Positions 31,202 to 39,526 of a DNA stretch of 64,000 nucleotides are shown one piece after another. Source of the stretch: an uncultured bacterium (GTDB taxonomy: Bacteria; Zhuqueibacterota; QNDG01; DTFT01); NCBI GenBank assembly GCA_963736115.1, contig CAVTNR010000014.1:192001-256000 (forward strand), in the 5' to 3' direction. The first letter of the stretch is position 1, and every line of letters starts with the position of its first letter. The translations under genes and the position numbers were made by a program. Under the pieces are notes generated by a model. That model saw only the letters and a list, made by a program, of their open reading frames with translations. It was not told where the DNA came from and ran no database searches.

Positions 31202-32330
31202 ACTCCTTCAGTTTCCGGTACAGGGTGCGTTCCCCGATACCCAGCGCTTTCGCCGCCTTTCTCCGGTTTCCGGCGAACCGATCAATCGCGCGCTCGATCT
31301 GCTGTTTCTCCAGCTCCTCCAGATTGAAGTCCCTCGGGAGGGTTTCCACAACAGGCGCCTGTTCCTGCGGCACGGGCGTGAGCGGGGTCCTGACTCCGGA
31401 GCCGCGGACCAGCAGGCGCCGGATCTCCTCGATGGCCATCCGGATGTCCAGCAGCGCGCGGACCAGAAGCTCCCGTTCCGCCTGTTCGGCGCTCCTGTGC
31501 GTGACGACCGGAAGGTTGCGTTCGAATTCAAGCCCTTCGCCGAGATGGCTTTCGAGCCGGGCGCGATCGATGCGCTGTCCCTTTTCCAGAACGATCACGC
31601 GTTCGATCACGTTCCGCATCTCGCGGACGTTTCCGGGCCAGGAATAGCTTTCGAGCAGTTCCAGCGCGTCCTCGGTGAACCCCTCGAAGGGGATGTGGTT
31701 GCTGCTGCACACCGCATCGGCGAATTGGCGCGCGAGTTCGCGGATGTCCGGGCGGCGCTCCCGAAGGGGAGGCACAACAATTTTCACCGCGTTCAGGCGG
31801 TAGAACAGGTCGCGCCGGAATTCGCCGCGGGAGACGGCCGAATCCAGATCCTTGTTCGTGGCCGCGATCACGCGGACATCCACACGTTGCAGGCGGCTTC
31901 CGCCCACGCGCATGAATTCCATCGTCTCGAGCACGCGGAGAAGCTTGACCTGCGTACCGAGGGGCATTTCCCCGATCTCGTCGAGGAACAGGGTCCCGCC
32001 GTCCGCCAGTTCAAAGTAACCCCGTCTGGCATCGGTCGCGCCCGTGAAAGAGCCCTTTTCATGCCCGAACAGCTCGCTTTCCAGCAGGCCCTCGGGAATC
32101 GCGCCGCAGTTCACGTTCAGGAGCGATTTCTCCCTGCGCGGGCTCATCGCGTGAAGCGCCCGGGCGACCATGTCCTTGCCGGTTCCGCTCTCTCCCGTGA
32201 TGAGCACCGTGATCTGCGTCGGGGCAACCTGCTTGACCAGCTCCCAGACCTGGAGAAAGGCCTCGGAACGGCCGACGAGGCCGTGATCCTCCGGACGGAT
32301 TTCAGGCTGTTGTGGCTGTGTCTGGCTCAT
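31188..32330 (-). CDS. Sigma54-interaction AAA+ ATPase with Fis HTH, no receiver domain
   Basis: GESGTGK, ESELFGHEKGSFTGA, LFLDEIGE, DLFYRL, ERTLYRK. Confidence 0.9.
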   Translation of the reverse strand: MSQTQPQQPEIRPEDHGLVGRSEAFLQVWELVKQVAPTQITVLITGESGTGKDMVARALHAMSPRREKSLLNVNCGAIPEGLLESELFGHEKGSFTGATDARRGYFELADGGTLFLDEIGEMPLGTQVKLLRVLETMEFMRVGGSRLQRVDVRVIAATNKDLDSAVSRGEFRRDLFYRLNAVKIVVPPLRERRPDIRELARQFADAVCSSNHIPFEGFTEDALELLESYSWPGNVREMRNVIERVIVLEKGQRIDRARLESHLGEGLEFERNLPVVTHRSAEQAERELLVRALLDIRMAIEEIRRLLVRGSGVRTPLTPVPQEQAPVVETLPRDFNLEELEKQQIERAIDRFAGNRRKAAKALGIGERTLYRKLKEYGIE

Positions 32331-32345
32331 GATCCGGAGTCCAGC

Positions 32346-33263
32346 CTACCGGTCCCTGAAATAATCAACCGTGCGTTTCAGACCTTCCTCAAGCCCGACG
32401 CGAGGTTCCCAGCCCAGGACGTCCTTGATTTTCCGGTGGCTGATCACGCTGCGGATCTGTTCCCCCGGCTTGGCGGGGCCATGCTGTTCGGAGGCCTTTC
32501 CGCCGGTGTGGCGGTTCAGAAGATCGAATATCCGATTGACGTCCGTTTCGACGCCCGTGCCCACGTTGAATGCGTCATTCTCCGTGTGTTCGAGCGCCTT
32601 GAGATTGGCCTGCACCACGTCGCCGACGTAGACGTAGTCCCTCGTCTGTTTTCCGTCTCCGTTGATGACGGGCTGTTCTCCGGAAAGCAGGCGGCTGGCG
32701 AATATGGCAACCACACCGGCTTCACCGTGCGGATTCTGGCGGGGGCCGTAGACATTGGCGAACCGGAGCACGGTGTACTTCAGGCCGAATTCCAGGGCGT
32801 AATAGAAGAGGTACTTTTCAACGCACAGCTTGGTGATGCCGTAGGGCGACACGGGTTGGGTCGGATGGGTTTCGTCGCACGGGAAGACTTCCTGCTCGCC
32901 GTACACCGCGCCGCCGGTCGAGGCGAAGACCACTTTTTTAACGCCCGTCCGGACCGCGTTCCGGATCAAATTCAGGGTGCCGAGGACATTCACGCCCGCG
33001 TCAAAAATGGGATCTTCCACGGACCTGCGGACGTCCATCTGGGCCGCCAGGTGGAAGACCGCATCGAACCGGCCGATGTCGAAAACCTTCTCGATTTCCG
33101 TCGCCCGGATGTCCATCAGGTAAAATCGAGCGGCTTTCGGCACGTTTTCCATGCGGCCCATCAGCAGGTTGTCGACGACGGTCACGTCGTGTCCCTTTTC
33201 GATGAGCGCTTCCGCGATGTGGGATCCGATGAATCCGGCGCCGCCGGTGACTAAGATTTTCAA
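32346..33263 (-). CDS. NAD-dependent epimerase/dehydratase (UDP-glucose 4-epimerase-like)
   Basis: LVTGGAGFIGSH, SPYGITK, NVYGPRQ. Confidence 0.9.
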   Translation of the reverse strand: MKILVTGGAGFIGSHIAEALIEKGHDVTVVDNLLMGRMENVPKAARFYLMDIRATEIEKVFDIGRFDAVFHLAAQMDVRRSVEDPIFDAGVNVLGTLNLIRNAVRTGVKKVVFASTGGAVYGEQEVFPCDETHPTQPVSPYGITKLCVEKYLFYYALEFGLKYTVLRFANVYGPRQNPHGEAGVVAIFASRLLSGEQPVINGDGKQTRDYVYVGDVVQANLKALEHTENDAFNVGTGVETDVNRIFDLLNRHTGGKASEQHGPAKPGEQIRSVISHRKIKDVLGWEPRVGLEEGLKRTVDYFRDR

Positions 33264-33285
33264 CGAAGCCTCCTGATTTTGCTTG

Positions 33286-33409
33286 AGTTCATAGTTGATG
33301 GTTCATTGTTCATAGTTAAATACGTAATCTGGAGTTTCATTTATTCTTTTTCAAACTATGAACCATGAACTATGAACCATGAACTTTTTTTATCTATGAA
33401 CTATGAACT
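33286..33409. repeat. Inverted heptamer array (NGTTCAT)n / (ATGAACY)n, copy 1
   Basis: 32-bp arms at 33286-33317 and 33354-33385; extra units at 33394-33409. Confidence 0.85.
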
Positions 33410-34308
33410 TCTTTGACGACTTGATTCCTCAGCGTCCCCAGACCGTCGATCTCGATTTCGATCACGTCGCCCGGGCCGATGGGGGAGACGCCTTCGGGCG
33501 TACCCGTGGCGATCACGTCGCCGGGCTGAAGCGTCATATACTTTGAGACAGCGGAAACCAGGCGTTCGACCGGGAAAATCATGGAAGCGGTGCTGGCCTG
33601 TTGTTTGGTCTCTCCGTTCACCGTGAGGCGGATGTTCAGCCGGTTGGGATCGGGCACGTCTTCGGCAGGCACGAAATAGGGCCCCATTGGGCAGAATGTG
33701 TCGATGCTCTTCGACCGGAACCACGGGTTCCCGGCCGCGATATCCTCCTTCTGCAAGGCCCTGGCGGTGACGTCGTTGACGATGCTGTATCCGGCGACAT
33801 AATCAAGCGCTTCCGCTTCCGAAACGTTCCGGCACGGTTTTCCGATGACGAGCGCCAGCTCCGCCTCGTGATCGACTCGGGAATCGAGCCAGTCGGGAAT
33901 GACGATGCCGGTTTCGTGCGGGATGAGCGCTGAAGGCGACTTGCAGAAAAAAACGGGCTCGGTCGGGATTTCGTGCTGAAGTTCCCGTACATGGGCCAGA
34001 TAGTTGCGGCCGATGGCCACGATCTTGGATGGACGCTGGATCGGAAGACCGAATTCGAATTCCTGCGGCAGGCGGAGATCAGCGGATTTCGCGCGGACCC
34101 ACGGATCTTCCATGATTTTGCGGATGGCGGAGGCGGATCCGTAACCCAGTTCCACCATTACCTGGATAAAAGCGAAGGTAACCGGCTGTCTGACCCGTTT
34201 GGCCTGTTGGTAAATCTCAAAAGCGGCGGTGAGATTGAACGGTCCTTCCGGTGTTTCAACCCCGATACCGAATGAGCCATTGGGCAATTGGAAAGAAAAG
34301 AGTCGCAC
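33394..34308 (-). CDS. Fumarylacetoacetate hydrolase family protein
   Basis: KIVAIGRNY, DHEAEL, NDVTAR, SKSIDTF, GDVIATGTPEGV. Confidence 0.92.
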   Translation of the reverse strand: MRLFSFQLPNGSFGIGVETPEGPFNLTAAFEIYQQAKRVRQPVTFAFIQVMVELGYGSASAIRKIMEDPWVRAKSADLRLPQEFEFGLPIQRPSKIVAIGRNYLAHVRELQHEIPTEPVFFCKSPSALIPHETGIVIPDWLDSRVDHEAELALVIGKPCRNVSEAEALDYVAGYSIVNDVTARALQKEDIAAGNPWFRSKSIDTFCPMGPYFVPAEDVPDPNRLNIRLTVNGETKQQASTASMIFPVERLVSAVSKYMTLQPGDVIATGTPEGVSPIGPGDVIEIEIDGLGTLRNQVVKEVHSS

Positions 34309-34399
34309 GGTTTCCTCGTGATAACTTATATAATTTCAATATTATAACAAATTTGGCGGAAATATGCAAGTCTAAAAATGCAATTTTGGCAGAAATACC

Positions 34400-34455
34400 T
34401 GCGAAAACGTTTTTTGCATTTATTGCTTGATTTCCAGGATTATTATTCATATCTT
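34400..34455 (+). promoter_or_regulatory. Putative LacI-type operator and promoter
   Basis: Palindrome TGCGAAAACGTTTTTTGCA (34400-18); TTGATT-17-TATCTT (34427-55). Confidence 0.5.
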
Positions 34456-34516
34456 GCTATATCGGTTTAACAAACATATAAATATTCGATCGTAAACACT
34501 TGATTTAAAAGAAAAT

Positions 34517-35632
34517 ATGATAAATCAAAACCGTTTTAAAGAAAAAGTGACTATCGATGACGTTGCTCGTCTGGCGGGTGTTTCCAAATCAACGGTCTCG
34601 TTTGTTCTGAACAACCGCCCGAGCATTTCAGCCACCACACGGGACCGCGTGCGGGAAGTCATCCGGAAACTGAATTATCAGCCGAATCAGATCGCCCGAT
34701 CGCTTTCTTCGCGCCAGACCCGGAGCATCGGACTGGTGGTGAAACAGATCGACAATCCGTATTTCACCAAGATCATGCGCGGCGTATTCGAATATTTCAG
34801 CGGATGCGGATACACGGTCCTGCTCGGCAGTTCGGAGCTCCAGCCGGACCGTGAAAAGAGCAGCATCGAAGCCCTTCTCCGTCAGCGCGTCGACGGTCTG
34901 ATTCTATCTCCGCTTCAGGGGGCGGATGCGGATATGTCGCATCTCTCACTGATCTCACAGAACCAGGTGCCCCTCGTCCTGCTCGAGAAAGTGGCCAATA
35001 TCGCGGCCAATGTCGTCGATATCCGGAATGAGGGCGCGGCATGCGAGGCGGTTTCCTATCTCATCGGTCTCGGACACCGCCAGATCGCCTATTATTCCGG
35101 TCCGGACTATTCCATGCACAACCGGGAGCGTTTGACCGGCTACCGGAGGGCCATGATGGAACACGGACTTCCGTTCTCCGCGTCCGGTATCCGGCCGGCG
35201 GGCGTTTATCTCGCCGACGGGTACGCAGCCGCGAAGGCGCAGTTTTCCGGAGCGGGCGAGCGGCCCACGGCCGTTTTCTGCTTCAACGATCTGGTGGCCA
35301 TCGGCGTCATGAATGCGCTGATGGAACTGGGCGTCCGCATCCCGGAGGACGTGTCGGTCATCGGTTTCGATGACATCGAATTCTGCGGATCCGTCCGCGT
35401 TCCGCTGTCCTCGATCCGGGTGCCCGCTTATGAAATGGGGAAGGCGGCCGCGGATCTGCTGATGCAGCAGATCGGCAAAACCGATTCCATGATCCGCAAG
35501 ACGGTGGAGCTGGAGGCGACTCTGATCCCCCGGGCGTCCTGCGCGAGAGCGGACGGCAGGCCGGCGGGCGGCACCCAGAAGAAAAAAAACACGAGTCCGG
35601 ACGGACTCCGAACGGCAGGAGGCATGACATGA
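34517..35632 (+). CDS. LacI-family transcriptional regulator
   Basis: TIDDVARLAGVSKSTVS HTH; FCFND; PEDVSVIGFDD. Confidence 0.95.
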   Translation: MINQNRFKEKVTIDDVARLAGVSKSTVSFVLNNRPSISATTRDRVREVIRKLNYQPNQIARSLSSRQTRSIGLVVKQIDNPYFTKIMRGVFEYFSGCGYTVLLGSSELQPDREKSSIEALLRQRVDGLILSPLQGADADMSHLSLISQNQVPLVLLEKVANIAANVVDIRNEGAACEAVSYLIGLGHRQIAYYSGPDYSMHNRERLTGYRRAMMEHGLPFSASGIRPAGVYLADGYAAAKAQFSGAGERPTAVFCFNDLVAIGVMNALMELGVRIPEDVSVIGFDDIEFCGSVRVPLSSIRVPAYEMGKAAADLLMQQIGKTDSMIRKTVELEATLIPRASCARADGRPAGGTQKKKNTSPDGLRTAGGMT

Positions 35633-36405
35633 ATGTGCAGGATTGGTTCGGATTGAAGGGAAAGACCGCGGTGGTCATCGGCGGGGGCGGCGTTCTTGGA
35701 AGCACCATGGCTGAGGGCCTCGCCGGTGCGGGAGCCGACGTGGCGATTGTGGATCTGGACAGAGAAAAAGCCGAGGCCGCGGCCGGCCGTGTCGAAAAGT
35801 CCGGTGTCCGCGGTCTGGCGGTTGCGGCGGACGCTTCGTCCAGGACAGAACTGGAACGCGCGGACTACGAAATCGCGGCCGCGTTCGGCGGCGCCGATAT
35901 CCTGATCAACGCGCCGGGCGTGAACTCCGCCACCCCTTTCCTCGACATCGCGGAATCCGAATGGGACCGCATTCTCAACATCAACCTGAAATCCATGCTG
36001 TTCGCGTGCCAGATATTCGGCCGCCGCATGATCGACCGGAAAAAGGGCGGCAGCATCATCAATATTTCCTCGGCTTCGTCCGGACCGCCCCTGTCCAAAG
36101 TTTTCACCTACGGCATCTCGAAGGCCGGCGTCAACAGCCTCACCCAGTTTCTGGGCCGCGAATGGGCCCAGCAGGGTGTCCGGGTGAACGCGCTTCTGCC
36201 CGGATTCTTCCCCGCGGAGCAGAACCGTAAACTTCTCACGCCTGAGCGCACGGCTTCGATTCTCAATCACACGCCGATGGGACGCTTCGGAAACGCGGAT
36301 GAACTCGTGGGCGCCGTCGTCTGGCTCGCTTCGGAAAAGGCTTCCTCCTTTGTCACGGGCGCGTTGATCCGGGTGGACGGCGGGTTTTCAGCGATGACGA
36401 TTTGA
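35629..36405 (+). CDS. SDR oxidoreductase (mannonate/gluconate dehydrogenase-like)
   Basis: GGGGVLG, YGISK, RVNALLPGFFPAEQNR. Confidence 0.85.
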   Translation: MNVQDWFGLKGKTAVVIGGGGVLGSTMAEGLAGAGADVAIVDLDREKAEAAAGRVEKSGVRGLAVAADASSRTELERADYEIAAAFGGADILINAPGVNSATPFLDIAESEWDRILNINLKSMLFACQIFGRRMIDRKKGGSIINISSASSGPPLSKVFTYGISKAGVNSLTQFLGREWAQQGVRVNALLPGFFPAEQNRKLLTPERTASILNHTPMGRFGNADELVGAVVWLASEKASSFVTGALIRVDGGFSAMTI

Positions 36406-36408
36406 AAA

Positions 36409-36505
36409 GGTTCTGGTTCATAGTTTCATTGTTCATAGTTAAAAAAAATTATCGGCTTTCCCGACCCTTCTTTTTCTATGAACTATGAACAATGAACTAT
36501 GAACT
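36409..36505. repeat. Inverted heptamer array, copy 2
   Basis: ggttcatagtttcattgttcatagtt ... ctatgaactatgaacaatgaactatgaact. Confidence 0.85.
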
Positions 36506-36554
36506 GTGAAAGATCTTCCGGAATACTGATGTTTATACCAGTAAAGGGACTCCA

Positions 36555-37967
36555 ATGAGCAAGAAAGACATCGGCATCGTCGGCCTGGGCGTGATGGGCG
36601 AGAACCTGGCCCTCAATTTCTCCAACCACGGCTATTCGGTAGCCGGCACGGACCTGGACGCGGGCAAGCGGAACCGTTTCGCGGAACGCACCGCCGGACG
36701 GAACGCAGCGGCGCATCCGGACCTTGCGTCCTTCTGCGTCGACCTGTCCGTGCCGAAAAAAATTTTGATGATGGTTCCGGCCGGAAAAGCCGTGGACCAG
36801 CTGATCGACCAGTTGAAACCGCTTCTGAAACCGGGAGATGTTCTGATCGACGGCGGTAATTCCCTGTTCCTGGACACGGAGCGGCGGATCCGCTCCCTGG
36901 AGGGCACAGGGATCCTCTATGTCGGCACCGGGGTCAGCGGCGGGGAGGAAGGAGCCCTCAAAGGGCCCTCCATCATGCCGGGAGGCAATCCGGACGCCTG
37001 GCCGGTCGTCAAACCCCTTTTTCAGGCCATTGCGGCGAAAACGCCGGACGGCACGCCCTGCTGTGAATGGATCGGGTCCGGAGGCGCGGGCCATTTCGTG
37101 AAGATGGTGCACAATGGCATCGAGTACGGCGATATGCAGATGATCGGGGAATCCTTCGCCCTTCTTGAAACCCTGCTCGGCATGAAAACGGAGGAGATGG
37201 CGGGCGTTTTCGACGAGTGGAACCGCGGCGACCTGAACAGTTATCTCATCGAGATCACGGGCCGGATTCTGAAGCAGAAGGACCCGGAGACCGGGAAGCC
37301 CATGGTCCATGTCATACTCGACGCGGCCGGCCAGAAGGGAACGGGAAAATGGACAAGCCAGACCGCGCTGGATCTGGGCGCTCCGGCCCAGACTATCGCT
37401 GAGGCTGTTTTCGCCCGGTGCCTGTCGGCGTTGAAGGATGAACGGGTCGCGGCCTCCGGAATACTCGCTGGTCCTTCCAGCCGCTTTTCCGGCGATCGCG
37501 CGGTTTTCGTCGGAAACGTGCGGGAAGCCCTGTATGCCTCGAAAATCTGCTCCTACTCGCAGGGCTTCCAACTGCTCCGGGCCGCGGACAAGGAGTACAA
37601 ATGGCGCCTGAATTTCGGCGCCATCGCCCTGCTCTGGCGCGCGGGATGCATCATCCGGGCCCAGTTCCTCGACAAAATAAAGGAGGCGTTCGACGCCGAA
37701 CCCGGACTGAAAAATCTGCTGCTTGCGCCGTATTTCCGGTCCGTGATGGCCGGCTGCCAGGATTCCTGGCGGACCGTGGTCAGCGAAGCCGCGAAGACCG
37801 GCGTTCCGGTCCCGACCTTCTCGAGCGCGCTCGCCTATTACGACGGCTACCGGTCCGCGGTTCTGCCCGCGAACCTGCTCCAGGCCCAGCGGGATTTCTT
37901 CGGCGCGCACACGTATGAGCGCACGGACCGGCCGCGCGGACAATTCTTCCATACGGAGTGGACATGA
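36555..37967 (+). CDS. gnd: NADP-dependent 6-phosphogluconate dehydrogenase
   Basis: GLGVMG, VKMVHNGIEYGDMQ, GQKGTGKWT, QRDFFGAHTY. Confidence 0.97.
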   Translation: MSKKDIGIVGLGVMGENLALNFSNHGYSVAGTDLDAGKRNRFAERTAGRNAAAHPDLASFCVDLSVPKKILMMVPAGKAVDQLIDQLKPLLKPGDVLIDGGNSLFLDTERRIRSLEGTGILYVGTGVSGGEEGALKGPSIMPGGNPDAWPVVKPLFQAIAAKTPDGTPCCEWIGSGGAGHFVKMVHNGIEYGDMQMIGESFALLETLLGMKTEEMAGVFDEWNRGDLNSYLIEITGRILKQKDPETGKPMVHVILDAAGQKGTGKWTSQTALDLGAPAQTIAEAVFARCLSALKDERVAASGILAGPSSRFSGDRAVFVGNVREALYASKICSYSQGFQLLRAADKEYKWRLNFGAIALLWRAGCIIRAQFLDKIKEAFDAEPGLKNLLLAPYFRSVMAGCQDSWRTVVSEAAKTGVPVPTFSSALAYYDGYRSAVLPANLLQAQRDFFGAHTYERTDRPRGQFFHTEWT

Positions 37968-39220
37968 CCGCCGTCGCCATGCGCCGCGAGACCGGGCCCG
38001 GCCTCGGCCGGCCGGACCTGGAGGATTTCTGCCGGCGGACTTTCGAAGGCCGGTCCGTGGAAGGCAGGCGGCTCCTGTTCGTCGTGCCGGATTCCACGCG
38101 GACCTGCCCGGTCGGGGACCTGTTCCGCATCCTTCATGATCTTCTCGGACCGAGCGCGGCCGCCCTGGATTTCCTCATCGCGCTCGGCACGCACCCGGCC
38201 ATGCCGGAAGAATGCATCCTGCGGCATTTCGGAATCGACCGTTCCGAGCGGGAGGGACAGTTTGCTAAAGTCGGGATATTCAACCATGAATGGAACAACC
38301 CGGACGCCCTGACCGAGGTCGGGGTGATTTCCGGACGCGAGCTGGCCGGTTTATCCGGGGGCCGGATCGACCGGGATGTGCCCGTCCGGGTGAACCGCCG
38401 TCTGTTCGACTACGATCTTGTGACCGTGGTGGGCCCGGTTTTTCCGCATGAAGTGGTCGGATTTTCCGGCGGCAACAAGTACTTTTTCCCGGGGGTCGCG
38501 GGAGCGGAAATTATCGACACCTTCCACTGGCTGGGCGCGTTGATCACCAACCGGGAGATCAACGGCACCCGCGACACGCCTGTGCGGCGCGTCATCGACA
38601 GGGCCGCATCCCTGCTGCCGTTCGAGAAGCTCTGCCTGGCGCTCGTCATGGAAGGGAAGACGGTGCGGGGCGTTTTCTCCGGATCTCCGGAGGACGCTTT
38701 CCATGAAGCGGCCGGACTGTCTGACCGCGTCAATGTGCTCTACAAGGAGAAGCCCTTCCGCCGCGTCCTGTCCTGCGCGCCGGAGATGTACGACGATCTC
38801 TGGACCGCGGGCAAGTGCATGTACAAGCTGGAACCGGTGGTTGCGGACGGCGGCGAACTGGTGATCTACGCGCCGCACGTCAAAGAAGTGTCAGTCACGC
38901 ACGGCGCGATTCTGCGCAGAATCGGCTATCATGTGCGCGACTATTTCACGGCCCAGCCCGGCCGTTTTGACGATATCCCGGGGGGCGTCATGGCCCACTC
39001 GACCCATGTCAAGGGCGTCGGGACCTATGCGGACGGCGTTGAAACGCCCCGCATCAAGGTAACCCTGGCCACCGGCATACCGGAATCCGTATGCCGGGAA
39101 ATCAATCTCGATTACCTGGATTGGAGAAGCGTCCGCGTCGATGACTGGAAAGACCGTGAACAGGAAGGCATCCTGCTGGTTCCGAAAGCCGGAGAAGTCC
39201 TGTTCAAGCTGAAGCCGTGA
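37964..39220 (+). CDS. LarA-like (lactate racemase domain) epimerase
   Basis: VPDSTRT, IALGTHP, NHEW, PHEVVGFSGGNK; ATGA overlap with gnd. Confidence 0.85.
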   Translation: MTAVAMRRETGPGLGRPDLEDFCRRTFEGRSVEGRRLLFVVPDSTRTCPVGDLFRILHDLLGPSAAALDFLIALGTHPAMPEECILRHFGIDRSEREGQFAKVGIFNHEWNNPDALTEVGVISGRELAGLSGGRIDRDVPVRVNRRLFDYDLVTVVGPVFPHEVVGFSGGNKYFFPGVAGAEIIDTFHWLGALITNREINGTRDTPVRRVIDRAASLLPFEKLCLALVMEGKTVRGVFSGSPEDAFHEAAGLSDRVNVLYKEKPFRRVLSCAPEMYDDLWTAGKCMYKLEPVVADGGELVIYAPHVKEVSVTHGAILRRIGYHVRDYFTAQPGRFDDIPGGVMAHSTHVKGVGTYADGVETPRIKVTLATGIPESVCREINLDYLDWRSVRVDDWKDREQEGILLVPKAGEVLFKLKP

Positions 39221-39325
39221 ACCGGATTTACGGCGTCGGCTCCCCGGCAGACAGCCCGCCGCGAGTCCGGCCGAGTCAACAACCGCTCGCGAAGTGCGGA
39301 GTTGAAAGTTCATTCAAAATCACAC

Positions 39326-39360
39326 GTAGGGCGCCCGTGAAACGGACGCCCTATTTCTTT
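39326..39360 (+). terminator. Hairpin/terminator after the sugar-acid operon
   Basis: TAGGGCGCCCGT-gaa-ACGGACGCCCTA followed by TTTCTTT. Confidence 0.65.
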
Positions 39361-39382
39361 ACAATTGTTTACATTAAATGAA

Positions 39383-39411
39383 TTGACAAGAAATCCTTTT
39401 TCCCGTACTTT
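39383..39411 (+). promoter_or_regulatory. Sigma70 promoter of the GH3 gene
   Basis: TTGACA-17-TACTTT. Confidence 0.6.
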
Positions 39412-39526
39412 GATCGGGGACAGAAGCGTTCCCGGATGGGATGAGCGGTCAGGATTCGGGGGCAGGGAAGAGCCGGCGCCTCAGGCCGCCGGCCCGCTGG
39501 ACGCATCGATTGAAAGGGAACCCGAT

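Noticed and set aside
31116-33254. 712-aa plus-strand ORF
   Set aside because: Antisense to two well-supported genes.
36483-37952. 489-aa minus-strand ORF
   Set aside because: Antisense shadow of gnd.
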